A stretch of DNA of 32,000 nucleotides from Nitrosopumilus sp. GTDB taxonomy: Archaea; Thermoproteota; Nitrososphaeria; Nitrososphaerales; Nitrosopumilaceae. A model generated the notes under the pieces. The model had not been told where the DNA came from. It made no database searches and saw nothing but the letters and a program-made list of their open reading frames with translations. The stretch covers positions 6,782 through 38,781 of the forward strand of contig JAJETY010000003.1 of the NCBI GenBank assembly GCA_021268355.1, read 5' to 3'. The stretch's first letter is position 1. Each line of letters begins with the position of its first letter. The translations under genes and the position numbers were made by a program. This document shows, piece by piece, positions 15,471 to 24,002 of this stretch.

Positions 15471-15923
15471 GTGAAGATTATGCGTACAATGGATATCAAT
15501 CAAGCACAAGAGCCTGATTATGAATCGGTAAAAATCGATTATGTTGGATTCGTGGACCCTTATGCTGTTGAAGGCATGGTCATTTTGAAATCTGATAATG
15601 GAAAAGAATTTCACATGAGAGCATTTTCTGGCGAAGTTGCCAAACACATTTCAAGCTTTGGCGATGACAAAGTTGGAGATGTAGCCCCCTCAATTTACAA
15701 AATGATTGAAGATATTTGTGAAGAAAATGAACTTGTTCTAGTCAAAGTAAAAATCTATGAGAGTGGAGAGGTTTTACGTGCAAATCTATATTTTACTGGG
15801 AAAAAAGATCTTGTTTTAAGAAATTATCGGGCATCAGATGCTATGGCATTGGCTGCCTATTACAACATTCCAATTCTTGTAAGAAAAACACTATTGAAAG
15901 AAAGTATGGAAGCTGAGACATGA
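15471..15923 (+). CDS. bifunctional nuclease family protein (DUF151/BFN domain)
   Basis: The GMVILKSDNGKEFHMRAFSGEVAKHI...LVLVKVKIYESGEVLRANLYF...RASDAMALAAYYNIPILV pattern matches the DNase-RNase (PF02577) layout. Confidence 0.8.
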   Translation: MKIMRTMDINQAQEPDYESVKIDYVGFVDPYAVEGMVILKSDNGKEFHMRAFSGEVAKHISSFGDDKVGDVAPSIYKMIEDICEENELVLVKVKIYESGEVLRANLYFTGKKDLVLRNYRASDAMALAAYYNIPILVRKTLLKESMEAET

Positions 15924-15964
15924 AATTAGAACAGTTTTTGTCCTAGTATGTTTTTTATTTTATA

Positions 15965-16183
15965 ATGAATGAACAGGAACAATTAATGGATAATCTACTA
16001 AACGTGGATCTTGAAATAATTGACGTTGTACGAGAACTCCATCAAGGAAATTGGGAGTCTGATTCTCACAGAAAACAAGTTGGAGACTTGCTAAAAATTC
16101 GTGACGAGATGGTTCAAAAATTAATGACTGCAAATGAAAGTAATCATCAATGTGATTGTGGTCATGATCATAATCACGAGTAA
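15965..16183 (+). CDS. hypothetical acidic helical protein with a His/Cys-rich tail (HQCDCGHDHNHE)
   Basis: Preferred over the antisense ORF 15960-16229 on composition. Which strand is coding remains uncertain. Confidence 0.4.
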   Translation: MNEQEQLMDNLLNVDLEIIDVVRELHQGNWESDSHRKQVGDLLKIRDEMVQKLMTANESNHQCDCGHDHNHE

Positions 16184-16377
16184 TAACTTTCAAAGAAATT
16201 TTCTGGAAATTTCTTCTTAATTTTTTCAAGTTCTTCTTGAAATTTTTCTATTCTTAAATCTATGTTGATATCTTTTTCTTGGGAATCTTCTTTTTGTTTT
16301 TGCAAAACTTTAATCTGATTTGAAATGGTTCTATACATAATAGAATACTCTGGAAATTTTTCAGGTAATTCTCCCAT
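16174..16377 (-). CDS. small helical hypothetical protein (67 aa), KIKKKFPE motif
   Basis: ORF resembling ORF 10532-10744 in its C-terminal motif. Confidence 0.5.
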   Translation of the reverse strand: MGELPEKFPEYSIMYRTISNQIKVLQKQKEDSQEKDINIDLRIEKFQEELEKIKKKFPENFFESYYS

Positions 16378-16413
16378 TAGCTAGATTAAATATACAACTT
16401 ACTAATACTCGTT

Positions 16414-16806
16414 ATGAAGTTTGGAGTAATTTTTGCACTTTTGATTACAGTGAGTAGCGGATTAGCTTTTGCCGAACCTGTATCAACTCAAATTCCATCT
16501 ACTGAAAAAACCCATTATGTTGATGAACAAATAATGATTATGGCCGATATTTCAAATAATCAAGATATTCCGCAAAACTTTGCTTATCTGACTCAAGTAA
16601 AAAATGAACAAGATATTGTAATTTCTCTATCTTGGTTAACTGGCTCTCTATCTCCTAGACAATCATTTTCTCCCGCACAGTCCTGGACTCCTGTTGAAAC
16701 AGGAACCTTTCAAATTCAAGTTTTTGTTTGGGAAAGTATTGACAACCCCGAAGCTTTGTCACCTCCACTTTCTATGATTGTAAATGTACAACTAAGAAGT
16801 ACTTGA
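16414..16806 (+). CDS. secreted hypothetical protein (130 aa)
   Basis: Signal peptide MKFGVIFALLITVSSGLAFA/EP, with a beta-rich remainder. Confidence 0.7.
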   Translation: MKFGVIFALLITVSSGLAFAEPVSTQIPSTEKTHYVDEQIMIMADISNNQDIPQNFAYLTQVKNEQDIVISLSWLTGSLSPRQSFSPAQSWTPVETGTFQIQVFVWESIDNPEALSPPLSMIVNVQLRST

Positions 16807-16955
16807 TTCTAATCATGCTTCATAATTCGGCAAACTCATCATCTTTCAGTGATAGCTTAGTCGTGGTTAATCATCAGCAGATCGTATTGGCGATTCACAG
16901 TATATTATTTTTGACGTATCAGAACCTTTTTGAAACTTGAAATTGTTTTGAAAAC

Positions 16956-17204
16956 ATGGTTAATTTTGAGAAAGTCTACAAAAAAGTCGCGTTAGCTGTT
17001 ATTGAGAGATGTCATGGTGGTATTAGAATTAAAAAACATGGGCGAATTATTCAGGTTTACGATCCAAAACGTCACATGTGGAGTGATGGTTTGGTTGGAT
17101 TGGTTATCAAAGAAGAGTGTAAACTTGCTAATCTAAGAGACTGGGAAGTATCTAATGTCAGGACCCATATCATTGAAGAACTTCTCTCAAAATCTGATGA
17201 CTAG
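16956..17204 (+). CDS. hypothetical protein (82 aa)
   Basis: ORF only. Confidence 0.5.
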   Translation: MVNFEKVYKKVALAVIERCHGGIRIKKHGRIIQVYDPKRHMWSDGLVGLVIKEECKLANLRDWEVSNVRTHIIEELLSKSDD

Positions 17205-17461
17205 TACGTGACCTTTCTAATCAAATGTGGCTCTTTTAGCATTATTGTGTCGTCTTTTCTAGAAGATAATTCTACGTGCCTTAGATTTAGATTTGTTATG
17301 ATAATTAATGCTTCACATCTACTACATAGAATCGTTTTTCCATCTGATCTTTCTTCTCTAACAACATCGTACTCTAACCTGTCTTCTTTTCCACATGTTG
17401 GACAAAGCCTGGGTAATTTCCCAATTGTGATGATCTCTTTTACAAAGATGGTTCTTCCCAT
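17201..17461 (-). CDS. zinc-ribbon protein (CPTC...CSRC), 86 aa
   Basis: Two CxxC pairs are spaced about 24 aa apart. Confidence 0.6.
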   Translation of the reverse strand: MGRTIFVKEIITIGKLPRLCPTCGKEDRLEYDVVREERSDGKTILCSRCEALIIITNLNLRHVELSSRKDDTIMLKEPHLIRKVTY

Positions 17462-17701
17462 GTTGAATTATTTCTTATTTGCTCAAAAAAGAGTTTGTAT
17501 TGTTAATTGGCTTCAGCAATTCCATTTTGAGCGTCAAACCGTTTAATCACTCAAAGTTAGAATGAATGGTATTCAGTTTATTTCCAATCTAACCAATTAA
17601 CAAAATATGTTGGTTAATTTTCAAAATATGTTTTGTTGTTAAAACCAGAACTAAATATTTACAATATTTATAGATAATTTATGTAATTTTTTATACAAAA
17701 T

Positions 17702-17709
17702 TTTAAATA
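17702..17709 (+). promoter_or_regulatory. consensus archaeal TATA box tttaaata for the candidate ncRNA
   Basis: Exact TTTAAATA about 25-30 nt upstream of the first hairpin (17736). No CDS follows on this strand. Confidence 0.4.
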
Positions 17710-17729
17710 GTAAAATTTCCTATACTATA

Positions 17730-17868
17730 TGATGTCGTTAGTTCAAAAATCTAACGAATAAACTGCGTAGCCCCGCAGAACGATAAAGGCAATCAAACGT
17801 TTTGACGTTTGACCATGAGAGGGAATCTCTCAATGTTCTGCAGTTATGGGGTTGCGCCTTTTAATTTT
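17730..17868 (+). ncRNA. candidate structured ncRNA (about 135 nt), family unknown
   Basis: Hairpin cgttag-n9-ctaacg at 17736-17756. P1 is a 10-bp helix gcgtagcccc/ggggttgcgc (17765-74 with 17848-57) and P2 is a 7-bp helix gcagaac/gttctgc (17775-81 with 17835-41). P2 encloses two hairpins, tcaaacgt-tttg-acgtttga at 17793-17812 and tgagag-ggaat-ctctca at 17816-17832. An oligo-T tract cttttaatttt follows at 17858-68. P1 contains two G-T pairs that would be A-C mismatches on the other strand, which favours the + strand. Confidence 0.5.
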
Positions 17869-17895
17869 CATAGTTACTTTAAAGAGATATTTTTC

Positions 17896-18996
17896 TTAGG
17901 TAACTATTTCATCTAATCTGCCTTCTTCTTGTGCACGTTTAATCTCCATGGCAATTCTTCTTCCTACTCCAAATGTTTGACCGTATTGGTATTTTGTATA
18001 TGGACTGGTAGTTGCAACAATCGGGTTTCCTGGAACTCGCAATGAAACATCATATACAATTAATTCCAAATCTTTTGTAATGACACTTTGAAGAGAAAAT
18101 GGTCCTATAATTCCTGGTGAATATTCCCTTTTTACTGCGTTCACAAATTTGTCTCCCATCTTGAGAACTTTTTCTAATAAGGATTCTCTGATGCTTGCTG
18201 GTGTATGACCTACTTCAATATTTTGTAAATCTATATCAATGTCTAGTTGTTGTTTTGCAGGCAATGCATTAAAGTCCATTAGGTTTGTTTGAAGCCTTCT
18301 TTCGATTCCAATAAAGTCAACTTGGTCTGAAATTGGAGTATGGAAGAAATTGAAATTCATGTAAGTTCCAATCGCCAATTCTTCGATACTGGCTTTTTCA
18401 AGATCTTTTCTTGCAATTACTCCTTGTTTTATTTTTTCTTCCGATTTTTCAACATAATCTTTGTAGGATGAAACTGTGAAAAATGCCCTTTCAAGAGGTC
18501 TGTTCTTTTCTTGAACCTTGACAATACTGGGTTTGTTGATTCTTTTTGGATCTTTGAATAATTTAGGAAATTTTATTCTCGCTTTTTCCAAAAGATAATA
18601 CTGGCCTTTCTTCGCTGTCCTTTCTTCAGCTTGGAATAATTTCCTATTACCAAAAATTGGCACTTTGAAAGAATTCTCAATAGTCTTGTATCCTAAATAT
18701 ACTGTAAGAGAACGATGTGGCACAATGATTGTATTTGAATCTCTTAATTCCTTTTGAATTTTGGCTGATGCCATATCTTTGAATTTATCTAAAACTGTGA
18801 TTTGGTCTGCAATTCTGTTAAATCTCTGATATGGACCTTCTCTGCCTTTTTGACAAAACACCCTAGTTTGAAAGTCCTCATCTTTTGCACCATCCATTAT
18901 CTCAAGTGCAGAATGACTTCCAAGAACTCCAATTTTTACATCTGAATAATCATTAACAATTTTCTTGATCTCAGAACTTTTAATCACACATCTCAT
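17896..18996 (-). CDS. purP: 5-formaminoimidazole-4-carboxamide ribonucleotide (FAICAR) synthetase PurP, ATP-grasp
   Basis: IGVLGSHSALEIMDGAKDE..., an ATP-grasp C-terminal half and a length of 366 aa are typical of archaeal PurP (MJ0136 family). Confidence 0.9.
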   Translation of the reverse strand: MRCVIKSSEIKKIVNDYSDVKIGVLGSHSALEIMDGAKDEDFQTRVFCQKGREGPYQRFNRIADQITVLDKFKDMASAKIQKELRDSNTIIVPHRSLTVYLGYKTIENSFKVPIFGNRKLFQAEERTAKKGQYYLLEKARIKFPKLFKDPKRINKPSIVKVQEKNRPLERAFFTVSSYKDYVEKSEEKIKQGVIARKDLEKASIEELAIGTYMNFNFFHTPISDQVDFIGIERRLQTNLMDFNALPAKQQLDIDIDLQNIEVGHTPASIRESLLEKVLKMGDKFVNAVKREYSPGIIGPFSLQSVITKDLELIVYDVSLRVPGNPIVATTSPYTKYQYGQTFGVGRRIAMEIKRAQEEGRLDEIVT

Positions 18997-19069
18997 TAAA
19001 ATTAGGATCTAATATAGCTAATTTTCATTTTCAGGATCGCTTTAGAGCATAAGATTTTTTTTGAATTGT

Positions 19070-19228
19070 ATGGTGACTCTAGTTGTGCTTTATAATTTTG
19101 AACTGCAAATGGCTGGAATCATTCTATTAACTGCCATGACTCTTGGAGGAATCAGCATTTGGATTAAAAGAAGAAAAGAGAGAAAAGAACTTGAAAAATC
19201 TTTCAATAATGACGAGCCTACTATCTAG
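19070..19228 (+). CDS. possible small single-TM protein (52 aa; may start at the internal MAGIILL)
   Basis: Hand translation gives ...MAGIILLTAMTLGGISIWIKRRKERKELEKSFNNDEPTI*. This is a hydrophobic helix followed by a basic stop-transfer segment. It is below the ORF-track cutoff. Confidence 0.3.
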   Translation: MVTLVVLYNFELQMAGIILLTAMTLGGISIWIKRRKERKELEKSFNNDEPTI

Positions 19229-19285
19229 TGCTAAAAACACCATTTCATCTAATAGATAAAATAGCCTGAATGAAAATTCAATTTA

Positions 19286-19843
19286 TTGAAACTGATTATA
19301 GGAATTACTGGAAGTACTGGAGTAATATACGGAATACGTATGCTAGAGACTTTGAAAAAACTTAACATCGAAACTCATTTGATTATGTCTGAGTGGGGAG
19401 CAAAATGCATTCCTATGGAAACTGAATTCACCGTAGATTATGTAAAATCTCTTGCTACCCAAGTCTCAGACGAAAAAAACATGGCTGCAAGTATTTCAAG
19501 TGGAACTCATAGAATTGATGGAATGATTGTTGCTCCATGTAGCATGAAAACATTGGCTGCAATAGCAAATGGGTATGATGATACCCTTGTAGCACGAGCA
19601 GCTGGGGTTTCAATAAAGGAATCACGTAAACTAATTTTGATGGTACGAGAAACACCTTTGTCTGCAATTCACTTGGAAAATATGTTGAAACTATCTAGAT
19701 TAGGAATTATTATTTTACCTCCCGTCACGGAATTTTATACCAAACCTAAATCCATTGATGATATTGTCAATCATGGTGTTGGAAAATGTCTTGATCAATT
19801 TGACATTGATCATAATTTATACCCTAGATGGGGAACCTCCTAA
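19286..19843 (+). CDS. ubiX: flavin prenyltransferase UbiX
   Basis: MKLIIGITGSTGVIYG..., MIVAPCSMKTLAAIANG and LMVRETPLS are UbiX/Pad1 motifs. TTG start. Confidence 0.9.
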   Translation: MKLIIGITGSTGVIYGIRMLETLKKLNIETHLIMSEWGAKCIPMETEFTVDYVKSLATQVSDEKNMAASISSGTHRIDGMIVAPCSMKTLAAIANGYDDTLVARAAGVSIKESRKLILMVRETPLSAIHLENMLKLSRLGIIILPPVTEFYTKPKSIDDIVNHGVGKCLDQFDIDHNLYPRWGTS

Positions 19844-20277
19844 ATCAATTGCCAAAATTTTCTTTTGAAAAAACTAGTAATGCAAATAGAAACATCATCT
19901 ATGAGACTTTTTCAGATTATGAGAATTATCAAAAAATTTGCCCAAAATTTTTCCCATCTGTAAGAATTCGTTCTGTTAGAGATAACGTAGCTGTTGTTGA
20001 AGAACATTTGATTTTAGGTGATGATGAGCTTGTCATAATGGCTAAACATGTAACTAATAGACCCGTACTGCACGAGGTCTTTGTAATTGGAGGGGATGCA
20101 AAAGGCTCTCACATACAAGAACAATTCATAGAAATGGACAATGGTACAAAAATATTGATTGATGTAGATTTAAAATTAAAAGGAAAAATGAAACTTGGTA
20201 GTGTTTTTTCGAAAAATAGATACCAATTAAGTTATGAAGAGATTCTAGATAATTTGATAAAAATTGCAGAGAATTAG
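19828..20277 (+). CDS. SRPBCC (START/polyketide-cyclase-like) superfamily protein, tentative
   Basis: Size and pattern (...YENYQKICPKFFPSVRI...VVEEHL...) are consistent with SRPBCC. It overlaps the end of ubiX by 16 nt. Confidence 0.5.
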   Translation: MGNLLNQLPKFSFEKTSNANRNIIYETFSDYENYQKICPKFFPSVRIRSVRDNVAVVEEHLILGDDELVIMAKHVTNRPVLHEVFVIGGDAKGSHIQEQFIEMDNGTKILIDVDLKLKGKMKLGSVFSKNRYQLSYEEILDNLIKIAEN

Positions 20278-20456
20278 TCCGATTTTGCTTCTTTATCTTT
20301 GAATTCTTTCAATTCTTTTTCACCTTCAATCTTTCCCTTTTCAAATTCACCTTTGGCCTTTCCGAAGGTTTTAGCAAGCTCAGGAATTTTTTTAGCACCA
20401 AAAATCAATACGCCAATAACTACAACCAAGACGATGATTTCTGTACTTCCAAGCAT
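20274..20456 (-). CDS. tatA: twin-arginine translocase subunit TatA/E
   Basis: A 60-aa protein with an N-terminal TM helix followed by FGAKKIPELAKTFGKAKGEFEKG, the TatA hinge/amphipathic motif. Confidence 0.85.
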   Translation of the reverse strand: MLGSTEIIVLVVVIGVLIFGAKKIPELAKTFGKAKGEFEKGKIEGEKELKEFKDKEAKSD

Positions 20457-20481
20457 TATCCACTATTCTTTGATTTCAGAT

Positions 20482-21273
20482 TTAAGTGTTCGACTTTTTT
20501 CTCTCCTTATGCTCGATGAATATCATGCCTGTAGCATACAATGCAATCATTGGACCTGCTACAAACATCATTGTGACTCCTGTTCCATCTGGAGTGATCA
20601 CTGCCCCAAAGATAATTATGATTACTATGGCATAACGGATATTCTTTCTCCAAAAATCTACATCTACCATACCTGATGCTGCTATTGCATACATTACAAG
20701 TGGAAGCTGAAATGAAAAACCAAATGCTAGCAAAAATTGTAAAACAAATGTCACAAACTCCATTACATTTAGAAAAGTGACTAAACCTGCACCTTCTCCA
20801 TATCTGTACAAAAATTCTAACATGTATGGAATGACAACATTGTATGAAAACACACAACCTGCAATAAACAATCCTAATGCTGGCAATGAAATGTTTCTAC
20901 TAACATTGATTTCATTTTCTTTCAATGCTGGCTTGATAAATCCTACAAGTTCTTTTATGATGACTGGCATTCCTATTACCACTCCCACCAATGCTGCAAC
21001 ATACATTTGAGCAAAGAATGCTTGTCCTGGGGCTGTTTGAATTAATTGTACGCTTTCTGGAACCAAATTAATTCGCATATGATTTGTGATTTGAGCTGCA
21101 ATATTCTGAAGTGGTTCTAATGTAGGATAATACAAAGTAGATTCATTGATCTGAAATGGCTCTGCATGAAACATTAACAGAAATGCGGAAATCCCTCCAA
21201 TAACAAGAACAATACGTACTAATCTTTTTCTTAATTCTTCAAGATGCTGATTAATACCTTCAAATTCGGACAT
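20482..21273 (-). CDS. tatC: twin-arginine translocase subunit TatC
   Basis: HLEELRKRLVRIVL at the N-terminus, 6 TM segments and a length of 263 aa. Confidence 0.9.
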   Translation of the reverse strand: MSEFEGINQHLEELRKRLVRIVLVIGGISAFLLMFHAEPFQINESTLYYPTLEPLQNIAAQITNHMRINLVPESVQLIQTAPGQAFFAQMYVAALVGVVIGMPVIIKELVGFIKPALKENEINVSRNISLPALGLFIAGCVFSYNVVIPYMLEFLYRYGEGAGLVTFLNVMEFVTFVLQFLLAFGFSFQLPLVMYAIAASGMVDVDFWRKNIRYAIVIIIIFGAVITPDGTGVTMMFVAGPMIALYATGMIFIEHKERKKSNT

Positions 21274-21302
21274 CTGATGTCTTTGATTCTAAACTATATC
21301 AA

Positions 21303-21770
21303 TTATGTGGGGATTGGTAGTAACTTTGCTTCTGGTAGTCCTGCTTCTTTTAGGGCTTCAGCAGTAATTCCTTCAAATTCTAATGATATTATGGCTTTTG
21401 TGTTAAATTTGGATTCCATTTCTTTTGCTAATTCTGAAATGTCTTTTGCAGCGTAGATTTCTTTTGAATCTTTTAGGAATATTCTCTCCCCTTTTTCCAT
21501 CTCTTTACCATTGTATTTCCCTTGTAAGAACTTGGTAATTTCTGGCAATTCTTTTCTATCTATATTATTGTGAAAATAACAGATTCCTTTAACTGATTCA
21601 TAGTCATATGCTGTTCCATTTCTATACATGAAAACACCGATAAAATGTGCCTCATCTTCTGGCTCTCTCACACATTTTATTTCCCAATTCAATAAATTGC
21701 TCTCATCGTATGTGTATCCTCCTAATTCATCTGATGTAATTTTCCAATACCTCATTCTGCCCTTTGCCAT
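21303..21770 (-). CDS. hypothetical protein (155 aa)
   Basis: Clean ORF downstream of tatC on the same strand; no motif recognised. Confidence 0.65.
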   Translation of the reverse strand: MAKGRMRYWKITSDELGGYTYDESNLLNWEIKCVREPEDEAHFIGVFMYRNGTAYDYESVKGICYFHNNIDRKELPEITKFLQGKYNGKEMEKGERIFLKDSKEIYAAKDISELAKEMESKFNTKAIISLEFEGITAEALKEAGLPEAKLLPIPT

Positions 21771-22039
21771 GATAAAATATTGAGAATTATTCTGATATAA
21801 ATTCCATCTCTATGTGACTACAAATTTCTGTCTTCTTTTATACTAAATCAAGGTAATTGCGATATGGTATCTAGAATTACAGTAGTGTTAAGTCCATCAA
21901 ATATTGAAAAACTTTGAAACATTCAAGCAAAGATGATTAAGACAACAACAAATTCTGTTAGCTTTTCACATGTCCTAAATCTGGTAGTATCTGAGGGCTT
22001 GAAAAAATTCAAGACAAGAGAAAAAATAAAAATTATTCA

Positions 22040-22450
22040 ATGATTAACTTTATTTCTAATTATATGCAATCTCCAGAAAATCCATTGTATCCAATAGAAA
22101 TTGACGATTATCCTAAACTCTTCGATTATGTGCTGACTGCCGATGGCCTGGTTTTCTTTCAATCTTTGAAACGAAATTATGTTTTAGGAAAAGAAATGAC
22201 ACAAGATGAATACAACAAACTTCGTTTGTTGTATGTGTACTATGCAACTGGAAATAGAAATATTTCTGAAGTATTTAGATGGCAGGAACTATGTGTAACA
22301 CTAGATAATATGGGAATACCTGAAAAGGAAATGTATCAATCTAAAGAAAATTTGAAGGATACGAATCTAATAACTCAAAATCCATACTATGTGTCTGGCC
22401 TATATCGAAAATATACTGATTATGTAAAAAGCAAGATGAATTCAAAGTAA
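22040..22450 (+). CDS. hypothetical protein (136 aa)
   Basis: ORF only. Confidence 0.6.
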   Translation: MINFISNYMQSPENPLYPIEIDDYPKLFDYVLTADGLVFFQSLKRNYVLGKEMTQDEYNKLRLLYVYYATGNRNISEVFRWQELCVTLDNMGIPEKEMYQSKENLKDTNLITQNPYYVSGLYRKYTDYVKSKMNSK

Positions 22451-22499
22451 CCAATTCTGGGCTGGGTATTATCTGCACAACACAAGTCCTCAGAATTGG
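22451..22499 (+). terminator. 9-bp perfect inverted repeat ccaattctg-n31-cagaattgg starting directly after the stop codon of ORF 22040-22450
   Basis: Read directly. No oligo-T follows, so a terminator role is speculative. Confidence 0.25.
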
Positions 22500-22573
22500 A
22501 AACTTGACTTATAATTCCAAAATAAGTATAAAAGCACAAAATTTTTCGGAAGATAGATAACCTCCATTCAATT

Positions 22574-22846
22574 TTGCAAATTATTATGGTAACATATGAT
22601 GTCCGTGTAACAATTGAAAATAAACCTGGCATTAGTGATCCTGAAGGGGATACCATCCTTAATGACTTGGTACTAAAAGGAACTCACAAAACCGTTTCAA
22701 AAATCAGAATGGCAAAAATGCTAAAATTCACCATTAAAGAAAAAGATAAGAAAACAGCACAATCAAAAGTTCAAGAGATATGTGATGAATTAAGAATATA
22801 CAATCCGATGGTCAGCAAAGTCACAATAGATGTTTTTGAATCTTAG
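22574..22846 (+). CDS. purS: phosphoribosylformylglycinamidine synthase subunit PurS
   Basis: MVTYDVRVTIENKPGISDPEGDTILNDL... is the PurS signature (V.V..K.GV.DPEG). The probable true start is the ATG at 22586. Confidence 0.85.
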   Translation: MQIIMVTYDVRVTIENKPGISDPEGDTILNDLVLKGTHKTVSKIRMAKMLKFTIKEKDKKTAQSKVQEICDELRIYNPMVSKVTIDVFES

Positions 22847-23292
22847 GATTTTTCAATATGCTTATTTTCTAACATTCCATTAACCCTCAGCCTACTAAGA
22901 AATTTTGCCAAATTAGTCTGAGTTAACAATTCCTATTGATCCTTCATTTTCTAGAATTATGAAAACAAAGGTCTCAACATCTTTAAAACTATATTTTTAC
23001 TTCGTGTATCAGTATTTACAAATTTGAAATTCCTTGATGTTGTAAGATTAATCAAAATTTATGATGATTTGAGATCATGGGCAGTGGGTATGAATCAAGT
23101 CTCTTTCAGTAACAACTGATGGTTTTTGCTCATTCATAATGACTAAACATATCTCATTTTTTCTTAGAATATTAGTACAAAATGGACTACCTTATCCTTG
23201 TTCACTAATAGCACTTCTTGCAATATCTCAGGAACATCTGTTATCCGATCAGAATAACTCTTCGGCTACTAGTAATTTTTGACTAGACTCAA

Positions 23293-23300
23293 ATTAAATA
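23293..23300 (+). promoter_or_regulatory. TATA box attaaata about 26 nt upstream of the purQ GTG start (leaderless-type promoter)
   Basis: Read directly; the spacing is typical of archaeal TATA-to-TSS distance. Confidence 0.45.
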
Positions 23301-23321
23301 TCGCTAGATCTATTTCCAATT

Positions 23322-24002
23322 GTGAAAGTTGCAGTTGTAGTTTTTCCTGGCAGTAATTGTGATCGTGACATGTATCATGTTTTGACTGATGTCTTTAATG
23401 TTGACGCTCAGTATTTTTGGCATGAAAAACCCTTACCAAAGAATATTGACGCTGTAATTCTTCCAGGTGGATTTTCTTATGGTGATAGACTTCGTGCAGG
23501 TGTAATTGCTGCACACAGTCCAATTATTAAAGATGTTAAAAAAATTGCAAAAAAAGGAATTCCTATTCTGGGAGTCTGTAATGGGTTTCAAATTTTAGTA
23601 GAATCTGGCCTCTTACCTGGTGTATTACTCAAAAATGAATCTCTGAACTTTATGTGTGAGTGGACAAATCTAATTGTGGAAAATAACAAGACTCCGTTTA
23701 CAAATCAATTCAAACTACAACAAAAAATTCCAATCCCTATAGCTAATGGTGAAGGTCGATACTATGTTGATGATGACACTTTGAAACAATTGAAGAAAAA
23801 AAATCAAATTGTTTTTAGATATGATCAAGTAGTGAATGGGTCTTCAAACAGAATTGCAGGAGTCTGTAATGATGATGGAAATGTTGTTGGTATGATGCCT
23901 CATCCCGAAAGAGCAGTCGAATCAGCAATTAACCCAATTGACAATAAACCATCATCACTAATTTTTGAATCATTATTATCTAAAATGGGTGTGAGCAATT
24001 GA
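23322..24002 (+). CDS. purQ: FGAM synthase glutaminase subunit PurQ
   Basis: VAVVVFPGSNCDRD, the nucleophile context GVCNGFQIL and MPHPER are class I glutamine amidotransferase / PurQ motifs. GTG start. Confidence 0.95.
   Translation: MKVAVVVFPGSNCDRDMYHVLTDVFNVDAQYFWHEKPLPKNIDAVILPGGFSYGDRLRAGVIAAHSPIIKDVKKIAKKGIPILGVCNGFQILVESGLLPGVLLKNESLNFMCEWTNLIVENNKTPFTNQFKLQQKIPIPIANGEGRYYVDDDTLKQLKKKNQIVFRYDQVVNGSSNRIAGVCNDDGNVVGMMPHPERAVESAINPIDNKPSSLIFESLLSKMGVSN

Noticed and set aside
15960-16229. Minus-strand 89-aa ORF overlapping ORF 15965-16183
   Set aside because: Its composition is less protein-like than that of the plus-strand ORF, and it would also overlap ORF 16174-16377 in a different frame on the same strand. 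The strand assignment here remains uncertain.
16820-16877. Minus-strand C/D-box sRNA-like arrangement: cTGATGA-n21-CTGA-aag-aTGATGA-n12-ATGA
   Set aside because: The first guide spacer is 21 nt rather than about 12, and the terminal D box would be ATGA rather than CTGA. This is too far from the canonical archaeal C/D geometry to call without Rfam/snoscan or RNA-seq support.
20299-21010. ORFs 20299-20676 (+), 20507-20857 (-, Cys-rich alternative frame) and 20777-21010 (+) overlapping tatA/tatC
   Set aside because: They overlap confidently identified tatA and tatC, have odd compositions and no independent start context.
23066-23135. atgatga ... ctga in the purS-purQ gap as a possible C/D-box sRNA
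   Set aside because: There are no recognisable internal D'/C' boxes, and the guide spacings do not fit.
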